From positions 2,688,001 to 2,752,000 of the forward strand of contig OZ242260.1 in NCBI GenBank assembly GCA_965207065.1: a stretch of DNA of 64,000 nt, read 5' to 3'. This DNA comes from a bacterium (GTDB lineage Bacteria > UBA8248). Shown here one piece after another: positions 1-7,757 of this stretch. A model generated the notes under the pieces. The model saw nothing but the letters and a program-made list of their open reading frames with translations, made no database searches and was not told the DNA's origin. Positions within the stretch are counted from its first letter, which is position 1, and every line of letters begins with the position of its first letter. A program made the translations under genes and the position numbers.

Positions 1-29
1 TTGGAGGGAAGTCTTGCGGTTTTGCTTTT

Positions 30-53
30 GTAGGGGCGGCTCGCGAGCCGCCC
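30..53. repeat. GTAG-type REP palindrome
   Basis: GTAG-GGGCGGCTCGCGAGCCGCCC; related copies at 3019, 42244 and 44228. Confidence 0.8.
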
Positions 54-181
54 TTATGGTTTATGAATCGACCCTGTGCAGAGTCGCTTCTTGCTTATGT
101 CCCCTCAATGGCGAAAAATGAGTATGGGCGAGGCGGCCTATGAGCGACCTCGGCCCAACTCGCCGTCTTTGAGGAAGTGTA

Positions 182-673
182 ATGTCGATGTCCTTTGGCT
201 ACTGGCTGCGTCTGGCCTGCGCCGTCTGGGTCGGCGTGATGGCCGGGTTTTTCTTCGCGTTCTCCTTCGTGGTGATGCCCGGCCTCTCGGTGATGGAGCC
301 GCTTGCCGCCCTGGCTTCCATGCAGGCGATCAACCTGGCCGTCAGGAACGCCGTTTTCGCGCTCGTCTTTTTCGGCGCCTTGATACTTTGCATCGGCGTT
401 GCGCTTCACGCGCTGATCCGCCGCGACGCCCCCGCGTGGCGGCTCGCACTTTCCGCCGCCCTCATCTACCTGGTCGGCGCCTTCGGCGTGACAATGCTTT
501 TCAACGTTCCCTTGAACGCCGAGATCGCGCCTTTGGATCCCGCCCGGCACGAAAACGCCGGGGCGATGGTCGCCTATATCTCGCAATGGACGCTCTGGAA
601 CCACGTCCGCACCCTCGCGAGCCTCGCGGCGTTCGTTCTGCTGCTGTTGAGCCTGCGGTCTTGGAAAGAATGA
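182..673 (+). CDS. DUF1772/anthrone oxygenase-like membrane protein
   Basis: Four hydrophobic segments; motifs AGFFFAFS..VMPGL, FNVPLN, W..WNHVRT; GAGGA RBS upstream. Confidence 0.8.
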   Translation: MSMSFGYWLRLACAVWVGVMAGFFFAFSFVVMPGLSVMEPLAALASMQAINLAVRNAVFALVFFGALILCIGVALHALIRRDAPAWRLALSAALIYLVGAFGVTMLFNVPLNAEIAPLDPARHENAGAMVAYISQWTLWNHVRTLASLAAFVLLLLSLRSWKE

Positions 674-854
674 TGGGTACTGACCCGTGCCTGCGTGGTG
701 AGTGGTTCCCGAACACAGGGACAACTCTCTCGAGTTCTCCCGCCCGTGCCCGAAGTAAGCTGTGAGACCGGCGCAGTATACCTCCGGTGCGGCAGAATCA
801 CCCCACCCCTGCGCCCGGGCCGGTTTCCCGCCGCCGTCTCCACTGAGGTAACCC

Positions 855-2165
855 GTGCTGGATATCCTCGCCGACCGCACCTATCGCCATCTTTTCGCAG
901 CACAGGTCACGGCCCTTGTGGGCACGGGGCTCGCCACGATTGCGCTGGGCCTTCTCGCCTACGACCTCGCGGATGAAGAGGCGGCGATGGTGCTCGGCGC
1001 CGTCTTCACCATCAAGATGGTGGCCTACGTCGGGGTCGCGCCCATCGCAGGCGCCTTCGCCGGCCGGGTCCCGCGCCGGGCGCTGCTCGTGGCGCTCGAT
1101 ATCGTGCGCGCCGCCGCGGCCCTCGCATTGCCCTTCGTGACGCAGGTCTGGCAGCTCTACCTCCTGATCTTCGTCCTTCAATCGGCCTCCGCCGCCTTCA
1201 CCCCGACCTTCCAGGCGACGATTCCGGACGTGCTGCCCGAAGAATCCCGCTACACCCGCGCGCTGTCGCTCTCACGCCTCGCCTACGACCTCGAGAACAT
1301 CTTCAGCCCGACCCTGGCGGCGCTGCTTCTGGCGGTGATGTCCTATGACGCCCTGTTCATCGGCACGGTGGCCGGATTTCTCGCCTCGGCTTTGCTGGTC
1401 CTCTCGGTGATTCTGCCGAGTCCTGCGACTGCGGCCACACGAGGCGTCTACGAGCGCACGACCCGCGGGGTCCGCATCTATCTCGCCACGCCCCGGCTCC
1501 GTGGACTCCTGGCGCTGAATCTCGCTGCGGCGGCTGCGGGCGCGATGGTGCTGGTCAACACCGTTGTGCTGGTGCGAAGCGGCCTGGGGTTGGGCGAGAG
1601 CGCCGTGGCATGGGCGATGGGCGCATTCGGAGGAGGTTCGATGCTCTCCGCGTTCGTCCTTCCGCGTCTGCTGGACCGGGCGCCGGAGCGGGTGGTGATG
1701 CTGACGGGCGCGGCGCTGATGATCACGGGCCTGTGTGCGCTTGCCGTGATCATCCCGAGCGTCGGGCTCTCCTGGCCCCTCCTGCTCGGCGCATGGGTCA
1801 CGGTAGGTATCGGCTATTCCGGCGTACTCACGCCGTCGGGGCGGCTTCTGCGGCGCTCCTCGAATCCCGGGGACCGGCCCGCCCTCTTCGCGGCGCAGTT
1901 CGCGCTCAGCCATGCCTGCTGGCTGATGACCTACCCGCTCTCGGGCTGGTTGATGACAGCCTTTGGAGCGTTCGCCGCACTCGCCGGATTGAGCGCGCTG
2001 GCTCTCCTCGGCGCGGTGCTCGCATTGCGCCTGTGGCCGAACTCCGATCCGCTCGAGATAGCGCATCGTCATGACGACCTCCCGCCCGGTCATCCGCACC
2101 TGCGCGGCGGGCGCGAACACGTTCATCCATATGTGATCGATGATTTGCACAGGCGCTGGCCATAG
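855..2165 (+). CDS. MFS transporter, NreB-like (Ni/Co efflux) with His-rich C-terminus
   Basis: 12-TM MFS pattern; RTYRHLFAAQV N-terminus; FALSHACWL motif; tail HRHDDLPPGHPH..HVHPYVIDDLH. Confidence 0.8.
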   Translation: MLDILADRTYRHLFAAQVTALVGTGLATIALGLLAYDLADEEAAMVLGAVFTIKMVAYVGVAPIAGAFAGRVPRRALLVALDIVRAAAALALPFVTQVWQLYLLIFVLQSASAAFTPTFQATIPDVLPEESRYTRALSLSRLAYDLENIFSPTLAALLLAVMSYDALFIGTVAGFLASALLVLSVILPSPATAATRGVYERTTRGVRIYLATPRLRGLLALNLAAAAAGAMVLVNTVVLVRSGLGLGESAVAWAMGAFGGGSMLSAFVLPRLLDRAPERVVMLTGAALMITGLCALAVIIPSVGLSWPLLLGAWVTVGIGYSGVLTPSGRLLRRSSNPGDRPALFAAQFALSHACWLMTYPLSGWLMTAFGAFAALAGLSALALLGAVLALRLWPNSDPLEIAHRHDDLPPGHPHLRGGREHVHPYVIDDLHRRWP

Positions 2166-2184
2166 GTGATCCTGAGTTCATCCG

Positions 2185-2289
2185 AGGAACGCATCACGAA
2201 TGGCCCCGGAAACCAACTAGGCGCTCGAAGATCGAAACAAGTCGCTCATGGAATTCATCCGCCGCACGTCTACGCGGGAGAACGGTTGA
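2185..2289 (+). pseudogene. 3' remnant of a paralog of the 2407..2802 gene
   Basis: Translates ETN*ALEDRNKSLMEFIRRTS versus ETMKALEGQNNALMELIRRTS in the intact gene; in-frame TAG at 2218-2220. Confidence 0.75.
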
Positions 2290-2406
2290 GGAGCGCGCGC
2301 AGCGAACTCTCCCTCATCGGTTGGGTACGACTCTTTGACTTATCCTCCGCACTGGGCGAGACTGGCCGGACTGGCTGCTCCACGAGGACAGACAGGAGAG
2401 AACCGA

Positions 2407-2802
2407 ATGACGGAATACGAAGCCGCAAACCTCGCCGTGCAGCAAGCCGCCCTTGCCCTGCAAAAAGACACGCTCGCACTGCAACAATCTGCCTTTGCCC
2501 TGCAGAAAGCCTCCCTCGCCCTGCAAGAAGCCTCCCTCGCCGTGCAGCAAGCTTCCGTATGGGTCGCCGCCCTCGTCGGGGCTGCGCAATGCAGCCTCAT
2601 CGGGTTTGGACTCTACATCATGCGCCAGGCCTCGATTCAACGCGACGCACTGCATCAGGAAACCATGGCGGCGCTCCAGGCTCAGCGTGATGCGCAAAGA
2701 GAACAGCATCGAGAAACCATGAAGGCGCTGGAAGGCCAAAACAACGCGCTGATGGAACTCATCCGCCGCACGTCCGCGCCTTCGGCGCAAGGAGATAGTT
2801 GA
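2407..2802 (+). CDS. Hypothetical heptad-repeat coiled-coil protein with one TM helix
   Basis: AGGAGAG RBS before ATG 2407; six L-A-[LV]-Q-x-x-x heptads, TM segment VWVAALVG..GLYIM, second coiled coil. Confidence 0.75.
   Translation: MTEYEAANLAVQQAALALQKDTLALQQSAFALQKASLALQEASLAVQQASVWVAALVGAAQCSLIGFGLYIMRQASIQRDALHQETMAALQAQRDAQREQHRETMKALEGQNNALMELIRRTSAPSAQGDS
2431..2556 (+). repeat. Six degenerate 21-bp tandem repeats (in frame)
   Basis: Units such as CTCGCCCTGCAAGAAGCCTCC at exact 21-nt periodicity. Confidence 0.85.
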
Positions 2803-2847
2803 AGGGGGAGCGGAAATCCTCCTGGCGCAGGCTGTTCGTTTTTGAGC

Positions 2848-2979
2848 GTCATTCCGGCTGATGCCGGAACCCAGCGACTTTATCTTTGTTTTTTGTCTTT
2901 TCGTTTTATCGTTTTTGATGGTCCTTCTGCGATACGGCCGACCCGGTCGGTTCTGGATTCCGGCATCCGCCGGAATGAC
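2848..2979. repeat. Palindromic element with GTCATTCCGG...CCGGAATGAC inverted arms
   Basis: GTCATTCCGGCTGATGCCGGAACCCAG / CTGGATTCCGGCATCCGCCGGAATGAC; second family member at 46607. Confidence 0.8.
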
Positions 2980-3018
2980 AACACGATAGATACATTACGG
3001 ATGATGAGGAAAGATTCC

Positions 3019-3046
3019 GTAGGGGCGGCTCGCGAGCCACCCCTAC
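3019..3046. repeat. GTAG-type REP palindrome
   Basis: GTAGGGGCGGCTCGCGAGCCACCCCTAC. Confidence 0.8.
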
Positions 3047-3153
3047 AGGTTCATCCCAATGGGAATGAGAAGGAAATAGCGCCAACAGGACAGACACGCA
3101 GTTCCGCCCCTACCCAGGCAAGGCGAAAGACCGATTCGCGTCCCTTATGAAAA

Positions 3154-3597
3154 CTACTTCTTGATCGACAAGAACTTCAGCACCACGCCGTCGGGGTCTT
3201 TACAGAAGAATATCTTGGAGCCCTGTATGGGGCCGCTGGGCACCGTGGCGGGTTCCGGCGAGCACATGGTGGTGCCGTCCGCCTGGAGTTTCGCATAAAG
3301 CGCCTCGGCGTCGTCCACCACGAAGCCTATCTGCAGGCAGCCCGTGTTGTTGGGGTCGGTGTCTATCGCCTCGCCGGCAGCGCCCTTGTACTCCATGAGT
3401 TCGAGGTGAAGCCCGTGGCCGCCCATGTGCACCACGCGAAGGTGCGCGCCGGGCACGCCCGTCACCTGGGCCGAGAACTCCGGCGTGCGCTCGGAATCGG
3501 ATTCCACCTCGAAGCCGAAGTTCTCGGCGTACCATTTCGAGGATGCGTCCGCGTCTTTTACCGTAAGCGATACGTTATGAAAGCGTTGAATCGTCAT
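3154..3597 (-). CDS. VOC (glyoxalase/bleomycin resistance) family protein
   Basis: HNVSLTVKD..S..WY..NFG; LELMEY; FFCKDPDG. Confidence 0.85.
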   Translation of the reverse strand: MTIQRFHNVSLTVKDADASSKWYAENFGFEVESDSERTPEFSAQVTGVPGAHLRVVHMGGHGLHLELMEYKGAAGEAIDTDPNNTGCLQIGFVVDDAEALYAKLQADGTTMCSPEPATVPSGPIQGSKIFFCKDPDGVVLKFLSIKK

Positions 3598-3681
3598 GAA
3601 TAAACTCTCCAGTCATTCGTGAAAAGGACGCTCCGCACCGCGCGTGAAGCGTCCCTGGTTGCATGCGTTTCCCGCCCTGCC

Positions 3682-4080
3682 TTAATCGGCTGCGGGCTTG
3701 GGTTTCAGGTCCAGCGATGCCGAGTTCATGCAGTAGCGAAGGCCGGTGGGCGCGGGGCCGTCCGGGAACACGTGGCCCAGGTGCGCGTCGCAGTTCGAGC
3801 ACACCACCTCCACGCGGCGCATCCAGAAGGAGTTGTCCTCCTTCTCGCCCACGTTTTCGGGCTTGAGCGGCTGGTAGAAGCTCGGCCAGCCCGTGCCCGA
3901 GTCGAACTTGGTCTCGGCGTCGAAAAGCTCCGCTCCGCAGCACACGCACGTATAGATGCCGTCATCGTGGGAGTCGCAATATTTCCCGCTGAAGGCGCGC
4001 TCGGTGCCCGCCTCCCGGGTGACGTGGTACTGCTCGGGCGTGAGTTGCTCGCGCCACTCCGCATCCGTTTTCTCTATCAT
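3682..4080 (-). CDS. msrB: Peptide-methionine (R)-S-oxide reductase
   Basis: [18 protein letters not shown], two Cxx[28 protein letters not shown]; start trimmed to ATG 4080. Confidence 0.97.
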   Translation of the reverse strand: MIEKTDAEWREQLTPEQYHVTREAGTERAFSGKYCDSHDDGIYTCVCCGAELFDAETKFDSGTGWPSFYQPLKPENVGEKEDNSFWMRRVEVVCSNCDAHLGHVFPDGPAPTGLRYCMNSASLDLKPKPAAD

Positions 4081-4114
4081 TTCGATATTCCTCCCTTGCA
4101 GAGCGTCAACCAAC

Positions 4115-4298
4115 CACTCCCCCCTTGAGGGTCTGGCTTCCCGAGGGGAAAGCCAGACAGTGAGCTGAGGGCGTAAGCCCGAAAGTGAACTGGTGGGGGG
4201 TATGATTCGGAATGGCAATAGAACGCATTTTACCCCCCACCGATTCAGCCTTCGCAAATATCGCTCGGCTTCATCGACTCCCCCTCAAGGGGGGAGTG
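4115..4298. repeat. About 185-bp palindromic intergenic element, copy 1
   Basis: Arms CACTCCCCCCTTGAGG / CCTCAAGGGGGGAGTG; interior matches the reverse complement of 5921..6106. Confidence 0.85.
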
Positions 4299-4482
4299 AA
4301 CTTCAAAAGCGTGCGCGCAACCCAAAATCGATTCCGTATCTTTCTAGACAACCCTGTATGCGTCCCCTACGGATTTCAATATAGGCCGGTTTTCCAAAAT
4401 ACGCTCATCGGTTGAACACCTCTAACGGACAGAATCCTCAAAAACCGCGCGAAAGACAAGAGGCGCGCAGTAGATGGATTCC

Positions 4483-5658
4483 TCACAGGTGGGGCAGGGC
4501 TTTCAGGACGTTCACCTGGTTCGTGTTGCCCATGTGGAATAGCTGAATCGCGTCGCGGTGCACTTTCTCGACCGGCGCGTCCTTCATCACGCCCATGCCT
4601 CCCCATATCTCCACGGTCCGCATGGTCATGTAATTCAGCATCTCGACGGTGAGCACTTTCGTCGCCCGCGCGAGTTTCTGGTCATTCAGCCCATTGTCGA
4701 TGCCCCAGGCGGCGCGCCAGAGCAGCGTCCTCGAAGCTTCGAGCCGCGTGTACATATCAAGGAGGAGCGAGCCGATGAGGTCGTGTTCGATAATGGGTTT
4801 CCCGCCCTGCACGCGCTCGCGCGCGTAGCCCAGCGCCAGATCGTAAGCCCGCTGGGCGATTCCCAGAGCCGTGGACGTCGCCTCGAGGGTGCCGACGTTG
4901 ACGACGCTCCTCCTGCCTTCCTGGAACTTGTCCTCCTCGCCCAGGCGGTTCTCCAGCGGGACCCGCACGTCGCGGAAGATGAGGTCGTGCTGGGGATAAC
5001 ACCTGAGTCCCACCTTCTCGTGCAGCCTGCCGACCTCGAAGCCCTCGTGCGGCGGGAAGAGCATGAACCCCGTCACGCCCTTCGTCCACGGGACGCTCCT
5101 GTCGGTCCGGGCGAAGGCGGTGACGTACTTCGCCTGCGCGCCCATGGCGATGAACTGCTTCATCCCGTTCAGGACGTAGGAATCCCCGTCGCGCACCGCG
5201 CTCAGGGCGGGGCCGGCCGCCGGGTCCGCGTCGAAGGGGAGCGCGTTGTCGCTGCCGGCGTTGGGCTCCGTGATGGCGATGCCGATGCAATAGAGCGGGT
5301 CTTCCAGGTAGTCGGGGATAACACGGGCGAGTTGTTCTTCGCTCGCCACGGCGATGAGGCCCGCTATCGCCTTCCAGTTGTGGCTGTACACCTTGGAGAC
5401 GGCGGGCGAGCCGGAGGAGAGTTCGCTCATCACGATGCACTGGGTGAGAACGCTGGCCCCGTCGCCCCCATGCGCTTGGGGCACGCCCAGGGAATGAAAC
5501 CCGAGCGCGGCGCCGCGCTTCACCAGGTCGTAGGCGAACTTGTCCTCTCCGTCTGGCCGCTTTTCCAGTTCCGCCACGACGGGAAGCATTTCCTCCATCG
5601 CGAATTTCCGCGCGAGAAGCTGGAGGCTCTTTTGCTCTTCACTCAGTTCGAAATCCAT
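4483..5658 (-). CDS. Acyl-CoA dehydrogenase family protein
   Basis: MDFELSEEQ start; AITEPNAGSD; LNGMKQFI; YARERVQGGKPI; GGMGVMKD..VEKVHRDA. Confidence 0.93.
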   Translation of the reverse strand: MDFELSEEQKSLQLLARKFAMEEMLPVVAELEKRPDGEDKFAYDLVKRGAALGFHSLGVPQAHGGDGASVLTQCIVMSELSSGSPAVSKVYSHNWKAIAGLIAVASEEQLARVIPDYLEDPLYCIGIAITEPNAGSDNALPFDADPAAGPALSAVRDGDSYVLNGMKQFIAMGAQAKYVTAFARTDRSVPWTKGVTGFMLFPPHEGFEVGRLHEKVGLRCYPQHDLIFRDVRVPLENRLGEEDKFQEGRRSVVNVGTLEATSTALGIAQRAYDLALGYARERVQGGKPIIEHDLIGSLLLDMYTRLEASRTLLWRAAWGIDNGLNDQKLARATKVLTVEMLNYMTMRTVEIWGGMGVMKDAPVEKVHRDAIQLFHMGNTNQVNVLKALPHL

Positions 5659-5752
5659 GCGGGTTTCCTTATCGGTTTATTTCCCGGTACTCCGTTAGAT
5701 GAGAGGTTTCCTTTTTCTCCGTAATATGATGCCTCACTATCCATATCCCTAT

Positions 5753-6217
5753 GGGGCTGCTGAAAAAAGCCATTGTACAACCCCTACGAAGATATCTCTC
5801 CATCAAGGAGAATTTCAAATCCACTCCCCCCTTGAGGATCACTCCCGACCAAGGCGGGTTTGTTAAAAAATCCTGGAACTCTGGATTTGTCGTATGTAAC
5901 CGACCGACGAGAGAGAAAAATCACTCCCCCCTGGAGGGTCTGGCTTCCCGAGGGGAAAGCCAGACGAGGAAGCCGAGCGGTTTGTGCGAAGGCTGAATCG
6001 GTGGGGGGGAAAATGCGTTTTATTGCCATTCCGAATCATCCCCCCCACCGAATCGCTTTCGGGCTTACGCCCTCACCTCTTCGACTCCCCCTCCAGGGGG
6101 GAGTGAATCCAATTCTTGTTTCCCTGGCAACGACCCTCAAGGGGGTAGTGATATTTCGTTTTTCCCCGGTCGGCTCCATACGCCGAATCACGATATCAGA
6201 GCTTTTTCAACAGCCCC
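5753..6217. mobile_element. MITE-like element with terminal inverted repeats and a 5-bp target-site duplication
   Basis: TIRs GGGGCTGCTGAAAAAAGC / GCTTTTTCAACAGCCCC; CCTAT directly repeated at 5748-5752 and 6218-6222; no transposase. Confidence 0.7.
5921..6106. repeat. About 185-bp palindromic intergenic element, copy 2 (nested in the MITE)
   Basis: Arms TCACTCCCCCCTGGAGG / CCTCCAGGGGGGAGTGA; homologous to 4115..4298. Confidence 0.85.
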
Positions 6218-6218
6218 C

Positions 6219-7487
6219 CTATGAGCCGGCTTTCTCGCCGCAAATCGAGAGTGCTGCGGCGAGGTAGACTTTCGCTGCCGTCACCACGTCCTCGACGAGA
6301 ACGTGCTCGCCTACGGCGTGCATCAGTCCTTTTTGTGCGGCGTCGGGGTGCATCCGCCCGCCGGGGCCGTAGCAGATGCACGGGATGCCGTAGCGGTTGA
6401 AGTGGGTGGAATCGGCCGCGGGCCTCCTGATAATGGGCGCGGAGGCCTCGCCCGTCACCTCCTCGTGCGCTGCAAGCGCAGCCTGTACGAGCGGGGCGTC
6501 CGCATCTAAGAGCGTGGGCGGGTCGTTCACATAGAACGAGAGAGCGGCGCGTCCGGTTTCATCCGCCGCCTCATCGAGCACACTGCGCAGCTCACGCTTG
6601 ATGTCCTCGGTGCTTTGGCCCGGCACGGTGCGGATGTCCAGGTAAAGGCTCGCCTCGGCGGGGTTTCTCGAAAGCCGCCAGGGCCAGCCGCCCCGCACGG
6701 CGGCTATCGTCACGTTGGGATGCTCGCTCATGCAGGAATGTCTGGCTTCATAATCGGGTATCCATCGCTCGACCGCGGTTTGTATCTTGTGAATGGCGCG
6801 CACGGCGTTCGTGACCCCCGGGCGGTTCGAGAAAACGCTGTGGCTTATCGTGCCGCTCACCGTGATCTTCGCCCACACGACGCCCATGTTCGCGTTCGAG
6901 ACCTTGAGCCCCGTCGGCTCGGCCAGGATGGCGCAATCCGCCGTCACGCCGTGGAGAATAAGGTGGCGCGTGCCCGTCCCGTAGCCCGAGTAGGATTTGC
7001 CCGAGAATTCATCGATCGGCGCTTTTTCTATCTCGCCCACCACGCCCGCGAGGGTGAGGTCCCCGCGCAGGATGAGGTTTTCGCGGCAGATGGCCTCAAG
7101 CGCCGCCAGCGCGCCCGCAAGCCCGCTCTTCATGTTGTTCGCGCCCAGACCCCATATCCAGCCGTCCCGGTGGACGGCCCTGGGCTTGAATCCCTCGCCG
7201 CTCAGGTAGTCCTCGTTCCCGTCATAGGAGGTATCCATGTGGCCGGTGAAGAGGAGGTTCGCGCCGTCGCCCGCGCCCTCGCGCACGCCGACCGCGTTCG
7301 GCCTGCCGGGGTCTACCTCCTGCAAGCGGGTTTCCATTCCCGCGCGCGCCATGCGCCCCTCCAGATGGCGCGCCATTTGCGCCTCACCGCCCGTGGGGCT
7401 TGCAATATCCACCATCTCGCTCAGGAGTTCGCGCACGGTCTCTGCGGTGATGTGGCGCGCGCAGCGCTCGAAGTCGGGGTGCGGCAT
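6219..7487 (-). CDS. M20 metallopeptidase (ArgE/DapE-like deacylase)
   Basis: SPTGGE, LLFTGHMDT, WGLGANNMKSG, VVGEIE, ILAEPT, YGPG, H..GEHV. Confidence 0.88.
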   Translation of the reverse strand: MPHPDFERCARHITAETVRELLSEMVDIASPTGGEAQMARHLEGRMARAGMETRLQEVDPGRPNAVGVREGAGDGANLLFTGHMDTSYDGNEDYLSGEGFKPRAVHRDGWIWGLGANNMKSGLAGALAALEAICRENLILRGDLTLAGVVGEIEKAPIDEFSGKSYSGYGTGTRHLILHGVTADCAILAEPTGLKVSNANMGVVWAKITVSGTISHSVFSNRPGVTNAVRAIHKIQTAVERWIPDYEARHSCMSEHPNVTIAAVRGGWPWRLSRNPAEASLYLDIRTVPGQSTEDIKRELRSVLDEAADETGRAALSFYVNDPPTLLDADAPLVQAALAAHEEVTGEASAPIIRRPAADSTHFNRYGIPCICYGPGGRMHPDAAQKGLMHAVGEHVLVEDVVTAAKVYLAAALSICGEKAGS

Positions 7488-7570
7488 CGGTGTATCTTTC
7501 TCCTTTAACGTATCGAGTGCCCTAGCGTATCATGGGCGCGTCGCATTCCGGTATCTCAGCTTTCATCGAA

Positions 7571-7678
7571 GTGCGCCTTCTGAATCCCTCCAAAATCACA
7601 CGCAGATATGACTGTACCCGTGGCTCGGTCGGCCGGGTCATCTCGCGCCTCTCGATGCCCATCTAGGGCGAGCGCATC
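7571..7678 (+). pseudogene. 5' remnant of the MATE gene at 10066
   Basis: VRLLNPSKITRRYDCTRGSVGRVISRLSMPI*GERI aligns without gaps to MRLLKQATRTRGYDYTKGSVGWAITRLSVPICGERI; stop at 7664-7666. Confidence 0.85.
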
Positions 7679-7757
7679 ACGCGCGCGGTGAATTGAAGCA
7701 AGCCGTTTTTCTATAAGAAATAAATTCGGTTCATACGTTTGGCGGGGTCTTTTCCGA

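Noticed and set aside
674-854. Possible NiCo riboswitch or CsoR/RcnR operator upstream of the NreB-like gene
   Set aside because: Only short resemblances (GGGACAAC, ATACCTCC). I could not build the four-way junction or a symmetric operator; an Infernal scan would be needed.
2431-2556. Possible CRISPR-like array
   Set aside because: Contiguous in-frame coding repeats with no spacers, and no cas genes in the window.
3682-4080. MsrB as a second selenoprotein
   Set aside because: The catalytic codon is Cys (RYCMNS) and there is no in-frame TGA.
5784-6267. Small ORFs (61-135 aa) with matching counterparts at 4193-4415
   Set aside because: The similarity comes from the shared non-coding palindromic element, not from genes.
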